Below are positions 57,544 to 64,000 of a stretch of 64,000 nt of DNA, in pieces. The notes beneath the pieces were generated by a model. It was not told where the DNA came from, ran no database searches, and saw only the letters and a program-made list of their open reading frames with translations. The stretch comes from Octopus sinensis (Eukaryota): NCBI RefSeq assembly GCF_006345805.1, contig NC_043023.1:20894001-20958000 (forward strand), read 5' to 3'. Position numbers and translations under genes: made by a program. Within the stretch, counting starts at the first letter, position 1. Each line of letters starts with the position of its first letter.

Positions 57544-57667
57544 CGAAGTTATTCTTGTTGCTTATTTTGATTATAATCACCCCATGGATTTATATGGATA
57601 ACACCATACAAAATTCTAGTGCATCTAACTTGAGTACCATATTCATTTGAATCTAAATTTTGCTGAA

Positions 57668-57709
<42 letters not shown>

Positions 57710-57798
57710 TACACACCACACACACACCACACACACACCACACACACACCACACACACCACACACACACATATATATATAGATATATATATATATATA

Positions 57799-58585
57799 TA
57801 AACTTAGATAAACTTAGATATGTTTCGACCAAAGATTGATCCAGGCCATGTCTAACTTAATAGCACCACCTGATAGGATTATTTGAATCCTGTTTAAGTC
57901 AAGTTTTGTTTATGGTCCATTCAAGTAGTGAGTTTTTGTTGGGTGAGTTGTATCCAATCATGGGTGGCTTATCTGGTATTCCTTGAAGGAATCTATCCAG
58001 ACTCCGTTTAGAGTTGATCGGATCCTTTTCCTCTTTGATCTCTTTCGGGACAATGTTAAATAGGGCAGGGCCTGTTGAGGAAAAGAAATTATGTTGCAGT
58101 GTACATGTATGCTGTGATCTTGAATTGGGCAGGGGACGTATGGCCTGTGGTCCCAATCTTGGATGAACCTTGAAGCTAATGTTCAGGTCGTTTGGGCAAA
58201 GTTGGCGGTATATTCTCCACATCGTACAAATGATGTACCGCTCACGGCGATGCTGGAGAGAGTAGAGTTTCAAGGCTTTAAGGCGGTCCCAATAATCGAG
58301 ATCAGCCATGCCTTCAATTCGTTTAGTGAGTGCCCTCTGGGGTGATTCAATCCTCGAGATGTTTTGTTTTGTATGGGGAGACCACAGTGGGCAGCAGTAT
58401 TCGAGGTGTGGCCGTACAAAGGAGGAGAAAAGTGGTATGATGACACCTTGTTCTCTGGACCGGAACCTTCTTAAGATCCAGGAACTCACCTTACGAGCTA
58501 TATCGACCTTCTTGTTGATGTGTGCACTCCAACTGAGATCGTCATCAACAATTACACCCAGGTCTCTGATATTGTTAGAGGCTGT
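57799..58585 (-). mobile_element. 5'-truncated CR1/L2-type LINE, sister of 30369-31155
   Basis: FVRPHLEYCCPLWSPH...; same tail, also abutting (TA)n. Confidence 0.88.
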
Positions 58586-58764
58586 GAGCGGTTCCCCTAT
58601 ATATATAAATTGTACTATTTTATATAAAGATTGTTAACATTAACAATACTCAGAAACAGGCTAGAATCGAAGTGCTCAAATTGAGCTAAGTTCCAATTTA
58701 TAATTTGAATGGAAGAAATACCAACGGAAAACTAGAGGAACATAACCTATTATCCAATAGAATA

Positions 58765-59146
58765 TCTTTATATATAAAAGTGAAGTTGTGTGTCTGTCTC
58801 CTACGATTTAGATTCCTAACTACTCCCACATTTTGCAGTGCAGTTTAACCAAAACCGGGTATCTTATATCGAGCCCTTCTGGGTATTAGCGCGCGTCTAC
58901 GATGAGTCTACGATTTTAAAAAACCCATAATTTTTTTCCATTTTAATGCATTTTTTCGCTATTATATAAGGGAAGTAACTCTCTAAAAATGTCTACGATG
59001 AGTCAACGATTTAAAAAAAAAATTTACCATCATTTTTTTTTCCGTTTTTAATGCACTTTTTTGCTATTTTTTGGCTATAACTCTCTAAAAATGATTATAT
59101 AGTTATTTCCCTTACAAACCCGAGCAACGCCGGGCGATACTGCTAG
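58765..59146 (+). mobile_element. Helitron-like H2 (no internal module)
   Basis: A|TC start; cccgagcaacgccggg hairpin + CTAG|T end. Confidence 0.8.
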
Positions 59147-59254
59147 TTCAATATATACGTGTACTTTCTTCGACATTAATAAATCAATATAAAGTTCGAG
59201 ATAATATTAGTATTAAAAACATACGAGCATATAAAGATTTAATATTTAAAAACA

Positions 59255-59650
59255 GGCGCAGGAGTGGCTGTGTGGTAAGTAGCTTGCCTACCAACCACAT
59301 GGTTCTGGGTTCAGTCCCACTGCGTGGCATCTTAGGCAAGTGTTTTCTGCTATAGCCTCGGGCCGAACAATGCCTTGTGAGTGGATTTGGTAGACGGAAA
59401 CTGAAAGAAGCCCGTCGTATATATATGTATATGTATGTGTGTTTGTGTGTCTGTGTTTGTCCCCCTAGCATTGTTTGACAACCGATGCTGGTGTGTTTAC
59501 GTCCCCGTAACTTAGCGGTTCGGCAAAAGTGACCGATAGAATAATTACTGGGCTTACAAAAAGAATAAGTCCCGGGGTCGATTTTCTCGATTAAAGGCGG
59601 TGCTCCAGCATGGCCGCAGTCAAATGACTGAAACAGGTAAAAGAGTTAAA
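59255..59650 (+). mobile_element. Full-length SINE A
   Basis: Head, central (TA/TG) tract and tail GGCGGTGCTCCAGCATGGCCGCAGTCAAATGACTGAAAC; other copies near 28548-29085, 31575-31835, 35612-36063, 39790-40200, 50525-50890, 53648-53810. Confidence 0.88.
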
Positions 59651-59984
59651 GAGTAATGCAAATATTTAAAAATATATAAACGCAAAATAGATATAAAAAA
59701 CGTCGATATGATGTAAGATAAAAACTCGTAGGTATTTAAAAATACTCATAAATATATATAAATACTTAAGCAAAATAGAAAACATGAATACAATATAAGA
59801 CATATTAAATTATTAATTCACACGATAAGATACAAGGGAATCAAAATTCACAAGTTACAACACGGCGTCCATTGAAATATGATATTTATGTCATATTTTA
59901 ACGGCCCGTCGATAAAACATTTGATCAATTGAACATTATCTTCGTATATTAGTATGTCCTTTTAATGTTTTATAATTTGAAACT

Positions 59985-60518
<534 letters not shown>

Positions 60519-61297
60519 ATATGTATATATATATGTATATATATATAACGGGAAGCTTTATGAAAATAGACAAAAGACGAAGGCAGGTTTACGGAAATAA
60601 ACAAAAGACGAAGGCAGGTGGAATACAAACAAACAATTGTATTAGTATGGCGCTCAGGAAATATAAATAAAACAAGTCTTTAACGTTTCGAGCCTCAGAA
60701 AGAAGGAGAGAAAAAAATATGCGTGCAGAGGCTAGCGAATCAACATGGCGATCTGATTTCGGCCAGAAGTCAAAGATCAAACGTGAGACGCAAGAGCGAA
60801 ATTAGGGGAGATAATAGGGTTAAATGACCTCGCTCCAACATAAGAGTGTGTGTGTGTGTGTGTATGAGAAGAGTGTGTGTGTATGAGAGAGTATTAGTGC
60901 GTATGAGAGGTCTGGACGTGTGTATGTATATATGATGTGATGTGTAAAGTCGTATGAGGTAAGAGGGGGGAGGTAAGGGGGGAGAGAGGGGAGGGGAGGT
61001 AAGGGGGGAGAGAGGGGAGGGGAGGGAAGAGGGGGAGGTAATGCCTGTATGCATGTATGCATGTATGTATATATGTATGTATACATATATAAATTTTGTT
61101 TCGGTCACAAGTTTTCTTCTTTTGCTGTATTTGTCCGCTATTTTACCCAGAAATTATTTGTTGAAACAACTAATTAAATTTTAAAATTAAATTTTAAAAA
61201 GTCATACAATGAATTCATATCTTTATTTTAAAACTCATAAGATTCCATAACTATTTTTCTTTTATTATTTTGAAACAAAGGATCTTTTTTCTCCTCA

Positions 61298-63147
61298 TCA
61301 CTTTTCTTCAAACGTTACTTTTAAAGTTACATCTTTGATAAAATCCTCGACTTTTGATTTTAATATTATGAAATATCTACCTTTCTTTGGACTCTCCATT
61401 AAAATTTTCTGGATTGTCCCGGGCTTGTTCGATCGCCATTTCGTCAAATGCTCATTGCAGCGGAGTTTCTTGTAGCAGACAAACAGATCTGCTTCTCCCA
61501 TACCGCCAAACGTAGTAATTTTCACATTCTTCAATTCTGACTTTATCTTCAGTTTAAACATGATTTCTTCCTCAGGGATCGCACTTAGGTCCTCGATTTT
61601 TGAGTTCTGGTGCACTGTTCGGATGTACGAAGACAGATCACACACTTTTATACCAACTTTTTTAAAAACTCTCTCTACCGGTTTAGTATCATAGCCAAAA
61701 TCGTAAGCGGACTTCATGAAGTCGCAAGCGGCCTCAACGAAAGTAGTTGTCGGATGCCAGTAGAAACGATTAGAATGAGCCGCAGCCTTTAAAACCCTTT
61801 TCGTATTCCATCCTCTCCTTCTGGCTAACAGACAGTAAAACCTGTTGAATACCCCACTGACGTAGTGTACGTCCATAAGATCATAATAGTCGCTAGCATG
61901 TATGATCGACATCCCATCGGTTGATTGGTTACACACGTTGCGAAGTGGAACCGTAGACACGTCCTCTCCAATTTCCCACTCGTTAGTCTCCCCTCTGTTT
62001 AAAAACTTCTCGGCTGCCTCTCCAGCCAGGTCACTGAACGATTCGTCGATGCCACCCGACTGCCCCTCGTATATCAAGCCCGAATGTTCCTCCGTGAAGC
62101 AGTGGGTTATTTCGTGTGCAATGATATCAAGACTTACTAGCGGCCGATACTCCTTGTCGCCGTCACCGAACGAGAAGTTTCTTCCGTTGTAAAAAGCATT
62201 CACTATGTTTTGGCCAAAGTGTACGCGGAGGGCCATTGGCAGCTTTTTCACCGGGGGTATCTTCACCCATTCTTTGTACATATTGTAGACGACATTGCCA
62301 TAGAAAATAGCATCGTTTATCGGAGAATAAGCTCCGTTCACTTCATCCTTCGCAGTAGTGTTGCATTTTAAATTATAAATACTTTCTGCTTCATTAGGCA
62401 GGAACTCCTCCCCCTTTAGATTCACCACTGTGACGAACTCGTTGCCGAAATAACAATCATCGCCCTCACGTGTCACTTCCAAATATGGTAGTTCTTCTCC
62501 GTATCTCAATTTACCTATCAAATTGTTACCCCCGACACCTTTCATTTTGTATTTGTTTTTTGCGGTTTCCAGTGTGTTCCATTTTTTAACAAGCATTCCA
62601 TTATTCGCATCGATTAGCATGCAAAATCGATAATTTTTTCCATTAGATACGGCATAATATTGAATTCGATAAACCAAGATGGCTACGTTGTCCTTCACGA
62701 AGATCATCAACTGGAGTTTATCGTAGTCTATGCGGGCCCCTTCCATCGAAAATTTTCCGTAGTTGGCAGCTAATAGCATCACTTCCGGCTCGTTCAAAGC
62801 TGGTACTGTAGAGTTGATGTCATCGTCAAGGTTCTGAGCCAGTCTTCCGGTCACCTGACCAGTGTACACATCGGTATTGGCGTCCGTCTCCACAGTGAGG
62901 CTGGCATCGAATACCGGAAGCCCTCTATAAGTCTCCCCGTACTTTTTGATGATGGTTCCTTGCTCACTCGGTGCCGAGTCCATCAGCGTGACGTCCTCGT
63001 CTTCGGTCAGACCGAATAGGTCACGTGTGGTGATCATGTGACTTGGTTGTCGCTTCATTGTCTCGCTCAAGGTATCCACATTGGACAGGAACACATTCCT
63101 GGCCTGTCGCCATTTTGCTGACGTCACAACGTGGCTCTCCAGGAACG
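61298..63147 (-). CDS. M4 (thermolysin family) zinc metalloprotease, LasB/vibriolysin-like: propeptide + catalytic domain + PPC-like C-terminal domain; 5' exon lies beyond the window or was not found
   Basis: HEITH (62102-62116), GGIDESFSD, DVHYVSGVFN, YSPINDAIFYG and FGDG..YRPLVSLDIIAHE match LasB/vibriolysin motifs. Acceptor ttatctttctag ends at 63148. Uninterrupted 1850-nt frame; AATAAA downstream (about 61222-61227). Confidence 0.93.
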
Positions 63148-63154
63148 CTAGAAA

Positions 63155-63371
63155 GATAATAATAATAATGATAATAATAATAAAAATAATAATAATAATA
63201 ATGATAATAATAATAATGATGATGATAATAATAATAATAATGATAATAATAATGATGATGATAATAATAATAATAATAATGATAATAATAATGATAATAA
63301 TAATAATAAAAATAATAATAACCATAATAATAATAATAATAATAATAATAACCATAATAATAATAATAACG

Positions 63372-63409
<38 letters not shown>

Positions 63410-63492
63410 GATAATAATAATAATAACAATAATAATAATAATAATAATAATAAGATAATAATAACAATAATAATAGGCGATAATAATAATAA

Positions 63493-63535
<43 letters not shown>

Positions 63536-63653
63536 GATAATAATAATAATATAAAATAATAATAATAATAATAATAATATAAAGATAATAATAATAATAA
63601 TAATAATAATATAATAATAATGATAATAATAATAAAATATAATAATAATAATA

Positions 63654-63684
<31 letters not shown>

Positions 63685-63690
63685 TAAAAT
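63155..63690. repeat. (TAA)n tract, intronic to the M4 gene
   Basis: Direct inspection. Confidence 0.92.
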
Positions 63691-64000
63691 TACTAACTTC
63701 TGGCTGAATGCCTTCCCAGAGAGCCATGAACTGCTAACAGAACTGTACAATGATGTTTTGCAACACCCTAGTAGGATGCCTCCTTGGCTAGTTAATGGGT
63801 TAACATTCCTGCTTCCAAAAAGTGAAGAAACAAATGAACCAAAAAACTATAGACCCATAACCTGCTTAACAACTATGTACAAAACACTAACATCTGTCCT
63901 GACGGAATATACCGATAGTTTTTTAACAGACAGCAGCATATTACCTAATGAACAGAAAGGATGTAAACGTGGATCCTACGGCTGTAAAGACCAACTACTC
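63689..64000 (+). mobile_element. 5'-truncated non-LTR retrotransposon RT, R4/Dong-like; runs off the window end
   Basis: NFWLNAF...PPWLVNGLTFLLPKS...PKNYRPITCLTTMYKTLTS...LPNEQKGCKRGSYGCKDQLL, open frame. Confidence 0.85.

Noticed and set aside
61298-63147. Bacterial contamination as the explanation for the M4 gene
   Set aside because: There are no neighbouring bacterial genes or RBS/start context, and the exon has an acceptor, a poly(A) signal and host repeats on both sides. A chimeric join is not formally excluded without reads.
63148-63727. N-terminal about 190 aa of the 809-aa ORF (poly-Ile/Leu/Tyr)
   Set aside because: It is read-through of an intronic (TTA)n tract and antisense LINE. 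A splice acceptor at 63149-63148 marks the real exon start.

Overview
Eukaryotic, AT-rich, repeat-dense genomic DNA, most likely from an octopus/coleoid cephalopod (inferred from the tRNA-derived SINE families and long (TA)n/(TAA)n tracts; not database-confirmed). Two protein-coding genes can be supported. (1) A + strand gene of 12 coding exons (12129-56381), which I assembled by hand with GT-AG sites and consistent phases throughout. It gives 655 aa: ankyrin repeats, a C3HC4 RING, a 23-unit Ser/Thr/Gln/Pro heptad exon with 22 SQ motifs, and a C-terminal death domain. (2) A - strand 1850-bp exon (61298-63147) encoding an M4 thermolysin-family zinc metalloprotease of the LasB/vibriolysin type (propeptide, HEITH, PPC-like tail). 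It is entered through a splice acceptor and surrounded by host repeats, making it a candidate domesticated bacterial gene. The rest is nested mobile DNA: at least five SINE families, CR1/L2-like, RTE-like and R4/Dong-like LINE pieces, mariner/Tc1 copies, non-autonomous Helitrons, a tandem array of a piggyBac-type MITE, foldback MITEs, and Penelope-like fragments carrying hammerhead ribozyme motifs. One hammerhead, with a fully canonical core, lies 1.1 kb downstream of the ankyrin gene's stop codon. Most long ORFs in the supplied track are microsatellite artefacts. Repeat boundaries are approximate; exon boundaries were indexed base by base.
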